Below are positions 23,759 through 35,950 of a DNA stretch of 64,000 nt, piece after piece. Below the pieces are notes generated by a model that saw nothing but the letters and a program-made list of their open reading frames with translations, made no database searches and had not been told where the DNA came from. Made by a program: the position numbers and the translations under genes. This DNA is from Podarcis melisellensis (taxonomy: Eukaryota), in assembly GCA_964234715.1 (NCBI GenBank), contig OZ174287.1, one strand, 5' to 3'. Every line of letters begins with the position of its first letter. Positions within the stretch are counted from its first letter, which is position 1.

Positions 23759-25240
23759 CTAAAGGGAGTCCAGTCCTGTGGAGAAAAAAGGTGAGATCTA
23801 TAGAAGTGGCAGGCAGATGAAACAAGTGAAGCAAATGAAGTTTTGATATATTTCACAGCTACTTCTCTGTATAATTTATTACAGTCTCTCATTTCATTTA
23901 TACATTCATCCAAACCTATGACGTAGGCTAGTCCGGCCAGGAATTTCAAGTCTAATGCAAGCCTTTCCTACTTGTAAGGTCAATACTACCCAATGAACCA
24001 CACCACCCAACTGAGTTCAGGGTAAATTCAATACAAGTTTGTTTTTTGGAATCTAGCCTGACCCTTAACTGACACTACTGGACACCAGAGGGTCACAATT
24101 GTTCTTTGTAAATTTGTGTTGAAGCCCTTAAGGTGATATAAATCATGGAAGTTTACCCATTTGAAAGGGGAGAATAGTTTGTTGAAGCAATATGCCACTT
24201 TGGACCACTTGCTATATCCTAAAGAAAGCAGCTACAGTCAGCATTAAACACTGCACTAAATTTCAGTGCAGATACTGAATTACAGCAAGCAACTAAAGTA
24301 CACTTTTTACAATAAACCAGCAAGGCCCTTTGGCCCCTTTTAAAGTCCTGTCCTCCACAAACTAAGCTAAGCAAGACCTGTAATATATGTGGCACAATTT
24401 ACTGCTACTTCAGTATTTTAATATGGATATAATTTGAGCAGGAAAAAAGAGTGTGATTCCATATAACAATGGTTAAGCCCAAACGCTCCCAACTGAGCAG
24501 GGAGATATGAGAATTTGTGAAATGCTCAAAGATGTTATGGACCATGAGCAAAATAATCTCAAAGAAAGGCACATTCCCTACTCCTCATATCAAGGATGAT
24601 TTTGCATAAGCAGCATTCACCCACCCAGCCTCTGGGAAGGAAACATTTAACACTGAATCAACTCACACTGACCAAAGTTTTGAAAACGATTCCACCAAAA
24701 TTATAGAAAAAAGGGAGCACCTAGAAATAGCTGCTATTTTTTCAGCAACACGTGGGGTGACACCAAGTCATAGAATTGCAGAGTTGGAAGGGACCAAGAG
24801 GATCATCTAGTAGGCATCTTTCTGGCCAACGTGACACTTGTAAAATTCACAAGACAGGGAAGGCTAATTCCCCTTTAATTCAAATCACGTGAGACCGGCG
24901 GTTCGAGGGAGCGTGTTTAATCCCCACCATCCACGAATCCCCTGAATAGGCCGAGCAGCACCGCGGAAGCAACCACGCGACACGTGTGATCTGCGCACGC
25001 GGGGCTGCCCTAGTTCTATAACCCGCACATGCGCACTGAGCGAGTGAGGCGGGGGCCGCGCGAATAAAGGCTCCAACTCCCTGATTTAAAGTGGATTCGC
25101 AACCGCTAAGGTACTTCTAGCAGCTGGTTGCCGAGAACAATTTATTTGGAGTCACTTAAAACGTCCTTCTCGGCCACCGGGGCGCTTCTTATTCCCCGAC
25201 ACCGCGCCTCGGGTCGCCATGAAAAAAAACCTCCGCTTAC

Positions 25241-25305
25241 CTTCCGACGCGCTTGACGGCCACTACTAAAAGGAAGGGAGCGGCCTACGAAGGTTGCTTA
25301 TATAT
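25241..25305 (-). promoter_or_regulatory. RPS9: RPS9 non-coding exon 1 with 5'TOP/TCT initiator and TATA box
   Basis: Minus strand reads CTCCCTTCCTTTT (25280-25268), then donor AAG|GTAAGC at 25241/25240. TATATAA at 25304-25298. Lies in a CpG island (about 24880-25900). Confidence 0.9.
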
Positions 25306-26400
25306 GTCGTGCGGTGCTCCGCCTACCGTCACCGCTAGCCAATAGCAAGGCGACGTCTTTCCTGCCTAACCTATTGGCGGAGGGCTGCTTCGCGGCGCGG
25401 TAACCAATTAGCGCTTGCTCCAAGGATGATAGAGAAGAAGACGTAGAGTGGTCGAGGGGAGGCTAGCACGTTGCATTAACGGTCCAGGAGTCGGCCGCGT
25501 CTGTGTGTCGAGTGGAGCCGCCATTGCTTTGTGGGGGTTGGAACCCTAACAGAGCTATTCATTGAGGCCGGGGAGTTTCTCCCTCGTTGTCCGCGCCATC
25601 CCTGCCTGCGGTTTGAAGTTGGCTGAAGCGAATAAACAGGCGTCCCTGCTGCTTTCTGAAACCGACTGTCTCAACGGTTCCTTATAACGCCTCCCCCCCC
25701 CGTGCCCTGAACCATAGAGGTGCCAAAGAACCCACAATGCGTTTCCGCTCCCTTTTCGTTATAGAGATACACACAAAAAAAGTAGAGTCGAACATGCCTT
25801 CGCCGCTGTTTCTCACTTCCGGTTTTTAGACCTGCGTTCTACTCTGTTTCTAGCAAAAGAAACGTGTGGCTAGTGACGGCTTTTTCTGGTTGTGTGCGTG
25901 TGTAGTATAGGATGCGTGTCAGCTCTTAGTATTTTCTGTCTTCATGCTCTCACCCAGTAGTACCCTAGTATACAGCAACTATGGCCATTCAGTACCTTAT
26001 GAGAGGCAGAGGAGGAAAGATGGTGCTTTAGTGACAGCCGCTCTGGCTATTGGGTGATGGCAAGGAGCGTGTGTGCAGCAAAAAGTGGCTAATTGATCTA
26101 GTAAATAATAAGGGGCGGGGCGGGGGGACATGGGCAGAGAAAGTGTTGGGAGCTCAGGCAGCTTCAGACATTTCTTTTTTATAGAAAACAATATTATACA
26201 TCAGTTTACATAAACTTAAACTATATTATGTTATGTATATTAAGTTATGTATATTATACATACAATACACATTTTACTTACCTACATACTCACATACAAT
26301 ACACAATACACATACACAATACACATTTTACTTACCTACATACTCAGACATTTCTTTTTCCCGATTTGATGGGGGCAGAGATGGCATGCACTGCAGAGAC

Positions 26401-26434
<34 letters not shown>

Positions 26435-26559
26435 AGTGGCCCATCTCTCTTTGCCCACCCAGGTACTCTGCAGAACCTGGCCAGGCCTGGTGAAGCAAGC
26501 AGAAAACTGCTTGGACCCATGCTTTCTTAGGCATGGGACAAGCGGAAGTGTGGAAAAGC

Positions 26560-26960
26560 CCTAAATGTCTTTGCAGAAAACTACTCCAGAGGGTCACTCC
26601 GCTGGGAAGTGGTTTGACCATAACTAGGTGATAGACCATAACTAGGTCTAACATCCCGACCATCCTCCCCTAACCCTGAGACAAATATGAAATCCAGGGG
26701 GTGCCTTCGCTTCTGCATTAGATCAGTGACAAGCTGAGACAGCCCCATGGTTGTCATGAAAGCCATGAAGTTCAGTGCTGGGTCTTGGCATGGATGTTGA
26801 AGACCTTCAGGAACAAGGCCTTAGGGTTTTTCAGCACCACGCCCAAGACAAGCTCAGGCAGCAGAGCTTTTGGGCAGCAGGGTGCATGGTATACCTGTAG
26901 GAGGCCCCTGTATGTCTTCTAGCCTTATGCCAAATGCAGGCTCTCATCGCCTGACCAAGG
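26560..26960 (-). mobile_element. L2/CR1-clade LINE ORF2 endonuclease remnant
   Basis: Minus-strand translation includes FNIHA and MTTMGLSQLV...HPLDFIF, degenerate versions of the GDFNIH...GHTLDLVF APE motifs. Confidence 0.65.
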
Positions 26961-29409
26961 ATAGAGGGGTTTCCTGGCTGGTCAAATGGCGCTTGTGTGA
27001 ACTATTTATTTTATTTACATCCCACACCTTCCTCCCATGGTGGCAGCTCCCAAACAACAACCCTGTAGTCTGTCTTGAAGCTGCACACTCACCCAGGTCT
27101 CAGTAATACGTGCCGGCACAACTTCCTTATCCATGATTTAATAGTAGATGGGGGAGATTTCATTTTAATGTGAACTGACCTGGTATTCACCAACAGCACC
27201 ACCAGGCTAGAGGGCACAGTGGTTAGTCCACCAAGTGCCTGTGGCATGGGGAGGGAGTTTGAAAATTGGATCAGCAGTAGCTATCTTGGACCTCCACCAT
27301 TAATTTAAAATACTTTATATTACAAAAATTACCGTATATATGGCTTGATTGTAGTAAAAACCCTTAAGCGATTTACAACAAATATGAAAATTATCAATGA
27401 AAACAGTTAAAGCAATTAAAAACTTGTACAAATAATTAAAATTACAATAAAAGAAATGAAAATACATCAACGTCTAAGTGTCTGGCTCTGCTTGCCTATA
27501 TTTATTTTCCTGTATTCTAATGTCCTTCAGTATTGCTGCTTCTGACAGTGGCAAACAGTAAGACGAACATGTTAGCAAGAAAATAATAAAGCATGTCATG
27601 AAGATAATAATATATATATAAAGCGAGGCAGCAAAAAATATAAATCCTAAAAATGCCATTGCAACTTTAAACGGCCTCGGAAAATGAAGCAGTTTTCATC
27701 TAGCATAAGAGAGATCTAACTTTTCTAGATAGCTTGGGCACTGTACTTGTAGCATTGCTAACTTTGGAAGTAGACTACTGCAACGAGTTTTCTTTGGGGC
27801 TTCCCTTGTGTTTCCCAGCAACTTGTGCAGAATGCAACGGCCTGGCTCCTGATAAGGGTTTCATATCAACAGCACAGAACCCCTATCCTTAAGGATGTTT
27901 AGTGGCTGCCTATATACTACTGGGGCCAAATTAAAAGTCTTAATGCTAGCTAGTTTATAAAGCCCTGAACAGTTTGCTTGAGGGACCGCCTGTCTTCATA
28001 TCTAACTGTCCAGGTTTTATGTTTGGCAGGAAAGGCAGTCTCTGCAAGACAGAGGGCATTTTGTGTGAATGCACCTGTAGTGGAACTCCTTCCATCTGTA
28101 CTTTTCTGCTTACACAGGGGCCTTATCTGTGCAACCCATCAGTTATTGTATATCATTGCCCAGCTCAGCTGCTGGCTAAGTATTCTTATGCTATGTGTTA
28201 TGTTCAGCACCTGGGCACTCTGTTCACTATGTGGTATCTAAGCTGGTCAATCCTCCCCACTCACCTCAAGCCTCTTGGTTTGAAAAAAAAAAAGAGATAT
28301 GGTAAAGTTAAAAATATAATTCCCCGAATGGTTGGGGGCAAGTACTCTTTGGTGAGAGAGCCCCAGGAGAGATTTTAAATCACGAAACAAGCACCAAAGT
28401 AAAGCGTGGAAATATAGACTGACTTTTAAAATACCCCAAGTTGCTTCTAAAGTTCCCCACTTCCCTTAGCTTGGAATGAGGCCACCAGCTTGGTAAGCTA
28501 GAAATGGTTTACTTACAAACTCTTCAAAGGTCAGATTCATGTGCTTTTCCATGCAGTAGCAAGAAAATACAGGCAGTACAGTACAACATAGATTGCAAAA
28601 TGGCAAGTGTTTCTAAATTATTTTTTATAGAAACATAAAGATGGCTTTCTTAAGCCACATGGCTTGCAGCAACCAGCTTGGACCTCCTTACTGGTAGGGT
28701 TCACATGGTGCAATTGAGAAAACAAAGAGTTTGATAACCCTTCCTTCCAAGGTGAGGTGGAGTGATCCAGCTAAGCCTGGCAGAACAGCTTACTCTATGG
28801 TCTTAACCTCTTCATACATTAATCAGAGTTAAGCATCTTGGTTATATGAGGCTGGATATCCCGCAAGGCTCTGGTTTCAAGCTGTGGTCTCCTCTCAAAT
28901 CCATTTCTGTCTTGGGCTAGAATCAGTTTTGAAGAGAGTTGAAAATGGTCTTCCGTGTATGTGATATTTACACTGAAATTAAGATTTCTAATTGAACAAA
29001 TGGGAGCTTGCATTTCAAGGCAAATAACAGATGCACCCCCACCCCCCGCAGCCACCACCTGCCACGCCTCTGATTTACTTTCTTTAATGCCTGAAATTGC
29101 TAATTGTATGAATGATGGTGTTTCTTGCTTGGCCCTGAATGACACTGAGAATGCTTGTACATAACTATTTCCACATTAACGAATGCAAATACAGCAGAAC
29201 ATATGGAACTCAGGAAGCATGAGACATAAGGCACTAACCGCTTCATATTATTTTTTCTTTAAATGAATGATTAGGAATGCTTCACTGGACAAATATATCT
29301 TAGGGATAGACACATTTGGATGCCTCTAAGAGGTAAATACAGTCAAAGAACAATATGGAGCAAGAACCACACATTGGATGACTAGGATTTTAACTTGTTC
29401 AATGTAAAG

Positions 29410-29411
29410 TT

Positions 29412-29491
<80 letters not shown>

Positions 29492-29492
29492 T
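29410..29492. repeat. (TTTC)n tetranucleotide microsatellite
   Basis: About 20 units. Confidence 0.95.
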
Positions 29493-30124
29493 CGTGGCTG
29501 AATTTGCCCAGACAATGAGTTTCTTTCCCCTTTCTCCTGCACTGTTGTGTTCTGGGATGTAGAAAATTGCTCTTGGCTCAGGGAGCCTGAAGGCTTGTAA
29601 ATCACCCCCCTTTCATTAGACACTTTCATTTGGTAAGCAATAAAGTGCTGAGGAACAGAAAATGCTAGATAAATGAAGCTGCTAATTTACTGGGTGACTT
29701 TTAAAGCAGAGGGGAAAACAATAAAGTTAGGTTTGTGTAAGCATTTGTTTGTGGCTCAGCCTCCTGTCCTGCTTCTATCCTTAAAGCTCAGCTTTCGCTC
29801 CCTCCCTCCCTCCCTCCAAATGATCCTCTCAGAAGACATGGCTCCAGGCATCTATTTGCCTTCAAGACAAAAGTATCCAGGATTCCTAACATCTTGTCCA
29901 TTTCTCTCATGTAACTTCATGGCTGAGTGGGGATTTGAACGCAGGCCTCTCTGGTCTAAGCCCTAAGAACATTCCGTATATTACAGGACAACAAACCCGG
30001 GTTTACCACTAGGGGCTTAACTTTACATTATGTGCAAATGTGCACCAGAGCTTAAATTCCCTTTTGTTAAAAGAAGAAAAACGGTTTGAGGAGGGTGTAA
30101 CTGAGAGTCAAGAAGTGGTATCGC

Positions 30125-30504
30125 GGGACACAGGTGGCGCTCTGGGGGACGCGGGTGGCGCTTGTGGGTTAAACCACAGAACCTAGGACTTGCCGATCAG
30201 AAGGTCGGTGGTTCGAATCCCTGCGACAGGGTGAGCTCCCGTTGCTCGGTCCCTGCTCCTGCCAACCTAGCAGTTTGAAAGCACGTCAAAGTGCAAGTAG
30301 ATAAATAGGTACCGCTCTGGCGGGAAGGTAAACGGCGTTTCCATGCGCTGCTCTGGTTCACCAGAAGCGGCTTAGTCATGCTGGTCACATGACCCAGAAG
30401 CTGTAGGCTGGCTCCCTCGGCCAATAAAGCGAGATGAGCGCCACAACCCCAGAGTCGGCCACAACTGGACCTAATGGTCAGGGGTCCCTTTACCCTTCAC
30501 CTTT
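30125..30504 (+). mobile_element. Sauria SINE with duplicated 5' head
   Basis: TSD AAGTGGTATC (30113-30122 and 30505-30514). Confidence 0.92.
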
Positions 30505-30995
30505 AAGTGGTATCTAGGGAGAGGGGAGGGGAACATTCCCCTTTCCCCACTCCAGATCTCCTCTCATGCAACTCTCTCTCCACCCCCCTTCCTGGATTTT
30601 AAGGGTGTGTTTGCCTAATAGTAAAACAAAGGCAAAACATAAGTGAGAACTGTACCTTTTAAAGTGGCTTAACTGTCCTGATTTCCCCCCAGGAACTCTA
30701 GGTACTATAGTTCCATGAAGTGGTTTAGGGATTCCAAAGAGCAATTTCCCATCATGGTCCCAAAAGTACAACCCTCAAGTTCATGGACAGAAGCCAAGGC
30801 AGTTAAACACATCTCATACCAGTTCAAGTATGACATGTAGTCATGGTCTTAGTGAATTTTCATGTGATTTTCATGTGGGTTTTCTGTGCAGCGCTGTGAC
30901 AGTAACATGTGCTGACAAATTATGAAAGTTTTCCCATTGGAAAGTCTGAGAAGGCTGTGATGGCCTGTCACAGCGCTGCACATTTAAAGCACCCC

Positions 30996-31488
30996 CCAAA
31001 AGTGGAAAACTCAAGAATTACCAACAATAGAAGAATGGCAGATGAAGATGATGGATTTTTCGGAGCTAGCCGACCTAACCAGAAGAGTCCGCGACCAGAA
31101 GGAGGAGCAGTATCAGGTAGAGTGGAATAAATTTAATGATTATTTAGTTAAATTTGTTAAGTTAAACTAACTGAAAACAGCTTGCAGATACTTAATGGGC
31201 TAAGGATTTTATTTATGTTAAGTGATGAATTTATATGTTTAATTCCATAAGGTGAAGATCTAAGGATGTTAATGTTTAAGTTAAATTTCATAAAAATTGG
31301 GATTTGGAAAACCGTTAAAAGGACATGCAATGAAATTCAACCAAGGGGAAGCGAGGAAGTCACTTAACAAAGTTAATCACTGTAATTTTCAATAAGGCTA
31401 TGATTTATGTTTGTATGTTTTGTGTGTTTGTTTGTTTGTTTATAATATTGTGAAAACTAATAATTTTTGGGGGGAAAATAATAATAAT
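30996..31488 (+). mobile_element. 5'-truncated L1-clade LINE (ORF2 C-terminus plus 3'UTR)
   Basis: Translates KWKTQELPTIEEWQMKMMDFSELADLT...EWNKFNDYL; A-rich tail; TSD AAAGCACCCC; inserted into a MITE. Confidence 0.7.
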
Positions 31489-31654
31489 AAAGCACCCCTG
31501 AAAGAATCCTGGGAGCTGTAGCTTGTTAAGGGTGCAAGGAATTATAGCCTCTGTGAGGGGTAAACTAGAGTTCCCAGGATTCTTTTGCAGGGCGGAGATG
31601 CTCTTAAATATGCTTTAAATATATGGTTTGCATGCAGCACATATTTTAAAGGCC

Positions 31655-31840
31655 CCATCTGCACTATACTGTACTTTTAAAGTGGTTTTCTACTACTACT
31701 TTAAATGGTCATAGCTCTTCCCAAAGAACTCTGGGAACCCTAGTTTGCCCATCACAGAGCTATAATTCCCAGCACCTTTAACAAACTACAGTTCCTAAGA
31801 TTATTTGGGGAGGTATGCTTTAAATTTATAGTGTGCATGG
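31655..31840. mobile_element. Abundant palindromic squamate MITE
   Basis: aagaactctgggaa...ttcccagcaccttt...aaactacagttcc motif, also at about 31490-31640, 35980-36090, 36330-36500, 38545-38720 and 41920-42090. Confidence 0.65.
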
Positions 31841-32886
31841 AGCTAGCTGCCCCTCCAAAAATCCTGTTTCGAGTAGCCAACCAGTTATTGCTGGAAAGCC
31901 CACAAACCAGTCGCATGATGGCAAGGGTCCCTCTCTCACTGTATGATTTCAGTACCTGGTAGACACTCAAATTGTGTGTATTCTTACTCCACGGTGCATG
32001 AGGAATAGCACCAGGTATCTGTGCGCCACCATTTTGTGTGAGTGAAACACGGTGGCAACTGGGGTCTGCATGCATGCGATTATTTGATTATTTACTTATA
32101 AAATTTATACACCGCTTGGCTGTAATAAAAAAAAACCTCAAAGCTGTTTACGACAAAGTAAAACAATAAAACCAATAATAATTCACAGCCAACATACAAA
32201 AGTTGAAAATGCTAAAACAGATTAAAATTACCTCAACTTTCTAAGCATCTGAGCAGACTTGTCTGAACAAGGATGTTTTTAGCAGGTGCCGAAAAGAGAT
32301 AGCAAAGCCACGTGCTTGATCTCAATAGGCAGGGAATTCCAAAGTTCTGCCACACTAAAAAATCAAATTCTCACTGCAGCTTTAATGGCTGACACAGTGA
32401 AATTATTACTGTAAGCCCACAACTCACACAGGGGTTACATTCTCGGGATGGCAACTAAAGGCAAAATCACATCTAGTCAAAACCCACTGGGTTCAATGGT
32501 AGGCAGGATTGCCAAAGTTGTTTCCCCCAGAACCCCAGAACCCCTTTTAGGTTTTTTAAAATTATATTTGCCACATACGTAAAGCTAAATGTGCACAAGT
32601 TAAAGGTGTGTAAGTTGCAGGCTTACTGTATTATTTTTTAATTGACCACACTGCGTATGATTCCAAGACCGTTTCAGCATGTGTGGAAACTGCTGCCATT
32701 TTGCACTGGATTATTTATTCATCCTGTTTGCATTCTACCTCCAACAAACTCAGGGCAGAGTATTTTTCAGCATCCCATATTTTTCCTTTACAAAATCCTA
32801 GGAGGGGGCTTAGGCTGGAAGGTAGTAACTGGATCAAAACCATCCAATATGATTATCAGAGTTGAGGAAGGCTTTGAACCCATGTT

Positions 32887-32952
32887 GAAGAGTGCCTGGC
32901 GTGCTCTGGTCCATGGGGTCACGAAGAGTCGGACACGACTAAACAACAACAA
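32887..32952 (+). mobile_element. BovB (RTE) LINE 3' end, 5'-truncated
   Basis: gcctggcgtgctctggtccatggggtcacgaagagtcggacacgact(aac)n; 12-bp TSD TGAACCCATGTT (32875-32886 and 32953-32964). Confidence 0.85.
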
Positions 32953-34827
32953 TGAACCCATGTTTAAGGCTGTTCACCTTGTGGTTAGTGCACCCACTAA
33001 CTCCCCCTTCTGACACCAATTGGCCACACCCCTCATTGGTCAGAATTGTGGAGGCCTGTCTGTACACAGGCCTCTTTTCAGACCAAAGCTGAATGAATGG
33101 CTGTCAGGCAGATGTGGTCTCAGTGTCATCCAGTGTTGTGATTGTGGCTTGCAGCAGGTCCAATCCCCTACCTCATATGTTTGTTGAAAGTGGGTCATTT
33201 GAAGATTTCTTCTCTCTGATCCAAATGGGAATCTTTCTCTGGGATGCATGAGACAACGTGTATGGATGACCTTGAGAAAATGGTTCTGTGTGACATAAAA
33301 TACAGTTCATGACACCATGGGAATGGAGTCTGGTCTGCCGTTGAGATGGAGCAGGGACTTTTCAGTAGCGGCCTCTAAGCTCTGGGATTCCCTCCTACCC
33401 ATTCTGCGGTCCTTGTTCTCACATTCTGCCACCTCTTCCTTCCAGAGGACAGGGAAAACACATATTTCATTCTGCCTTTCCTGTTTGGTTGTTTATTTGA
33501 TAATTATGGGATTCTGGCACCACTGTTTCAGCAACTGTTTCCCTTTATTCAGTGTTTTAATTTTATTGTTGTTTACGTAACAATTAATTGTTTTCACAGT
33601 AATATCATTTTAAATCTTTTTATCACTGTTGCACACTGCTTGGTGGTCGAAAAGCAGCATGCAGCTACTTTAAATAAATACAGCAACACTTCCTATCTAC
33701 GTGTAAGACATTTTCTGCAAGCATGAAATATTGTGCATGATCTGTTATGTTTGTGTGTGTATGTTTGTGTATGAGAGACTCTGTTTATGCCTGTGTGTGT
33801 GAGAGAGAAGGAGATTCTCCTTATGCTTATGTGTTTGTGGAATATGACACTGAATCTGGCAGATGCTCAGCGGCGTAGCACTACTTGTGTGCAAAATATC
33901 CTCTCCCCTTTTGCAGCCCTCTCTGCCTCACTGCCCTGAACCCCTCTTTTAATCACTCCATCCTTTCACCTTCTTGCTCCTGCACTCCCTACTGCTGCTG
34001 CTGCTGCTGTTGTTACTGCTGCTGCTACCCAAGAGCAGGTCTCCATGGTGATAACACCCCCCCATCCATTCCTGCATCCTCCTCCCTTCAGTCTAAGTGA
34101 CATGCCCATTGTCCAATCCACAACCCGGGCTGCATGGGAGGGCTTTGATCTCCATCAATTTCTCTGCTACCCGAAGAGCAAGGTTTCCGAAGGGGGGGGA
34201 ACACCCAGCCTCCTTCCCCCCTTTTTCTCTTCCCCTCTTTTTCCCCCCTCTTTCCTTCCTTCCTCCTTTCAACTGGGATTTTAGGTTTTTCTCCTTCACC
34301 TCTTCCCCACCCCCCCTCTTCCCCACACATCTGCTTCCTCCTGTTCCCTCCCCCTCCCCATGTGAGATCACCTATTGTTACAATGGCTTTCTTCGCCCCC
34401 CCTCCATCCTTGCCGCCACTTCTCTTCAGCCACCTTTGACTATCCTCTGCCCTCCCCTCCCTCTTTATTTATTCCATTTCCCATCTCCTCCCCTTCCTCA
34501 GCCAGGAGAGAAGATGATGCCTGGGGATGAGATCCAGGTAGCAGCCAGCCAAGCGGTCGCACATCCTCCGAAGGATGCAGGCGACACAACGATCTGTTGG
34601 GTACCATTGTTCTTGGCGTCTTCGGCTCTGCTCCATCCCTTCTGATGACTGATGCCCACCGTGTTTCTGCTTTTCTGTGCATTGCTGGCTGGTGGATCTC
34701 TCCCTCCCTCCCTCTCTCTCTCCCTCTGTCTCTCCCCCTCTCTCTCCACTCCCCACCCCCCACCCCGCACCTACGTCTTGAGACCTCTCCCCGCCTTCCT
34801 GATCCATGATCCCAGACTCCCCCTAAG

Positions 34828-34915
34828 ATGCTAAGACAAGGCCCCTTCCTTCTCCTGGCTGCGTCCATGTCGTATTTCAACCCAGAGAAAGCTTTGGCAG
34901 CGCCTTCGGAAAACG
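34828..34915 (+). CDS. LMTK3: Lemur tyrosine kinase 3 exon 1 (signal peptide)
   Basis: aagATG start; MLRQGPFLLLAASMSYFNPEKALAAPSEN; donor G|GTGAGT in phase 1, matching exon 2. Confidence 0.8.
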
Positions 34916-35444
34916 GTGAGTCTTCTTGGCAGGTTGCGAGGGCTCCCATTCATCTGTGACAGTGGCCACCCCTCCTTGCCTTTGCCTCCCTCGCCTCCAC
35001 CATCTGCGGCCACCTGTTTGTGTGATGGGTTACCTGCCCAAATGAGACAACCATCCCACTTTCATGTGTGCAAAGCTGGGCACGGCGGCAGGGCTTGCGG
35101 GATTTCTCGCTTCCCAAACAAGAGGCTGGCGGTGTTTTCTGGGTTAATAAATTCCATTCCGGAGAGAAGGCTGGGATTCCTGTACAGACCAAATTAATCA
35201 TTGCTGGTTTTCCTCAGATGCCTATGCCGGCGGTGTTTGCTGGTTGACTGGATTCCCCCCACCCCTTCTTCCTTTCCGACCCTGGCGAGGGAAATTGAGT
35301 AGACCTAGAGGGGCTGAAGGAGTGGCAAACAAGAATAGAAGTTATTTGGGGTGTGCGAGAACAATTATGTTTTTGTACATGGTGGGGCCTATGATCAGAG
35401 CACAGCAGCAAAGATCTGGGATTAGTGTGTGAAGAAAACAAGGA

Positions 35445-35475
<31 letters not shown>

Positions 35476-35913
35476 AGAGAGAGAGAGGTGGGGAGGAGTG
35501 GGCGTGAGGTCTGTGGCATCTTGAATATATAGCATGAAGCCACATTTGGTCTGGCAGCCATCTGGAGAGAGCGGCGTGACTCACTATGGATGTGCCCTTG
35601 GCACAAGGGTCTGGTGGTGGTAGAGTTTTGTGGGAATTGGCATGTGTTGTGGGACTGCTGAAGTGCTGGGAGGGCCGGCATGTCTGAGATAGAGAAGGTA
35701 CTTGGGGCCTGAAGAGGGGTTGTGAAGATGAGCTGAAAGAGAGAGGAAGGTAGAGGTGTGTGCATAAGGGACGAAAAGCTGAAGGGAAGGGTGGGTGGAT
35801 ATGTACTGATGGACCGTACAGGTAAGAATAAGTGACAGGACCTCATCCACTGCTTACCCTTCTGTAAAATGGGAGCACTTTCCTCATAATGTTAGCTTGT
35901 GGGGTGTTTACAA

Positions 35914-35950
<37 letters not shown>

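Noticed and set aside
26830-26850. REST/RE1 site for neuronal LMTK3 (TTCAGCACCACG)
   Set aside because: Left half only, lacking GGACAG, and inside a LINE remnant. Near-matches at about 24957 and 56921 have wrong spacing.
27474-27659. Hydrophobic 61-aa minus-strand ORF resembling a secreted peptide
   Set aside because: The hydrophobicity follows from T-rich composition; flanked by L2 remnants; no recognisable family or gene structure.
28500-29640. Exon-like segments and ORFs between RPS9 and LMTK3
   Set aside because: No consistent reading frame or homology; one ORF is just the (GAAA)n repeat.
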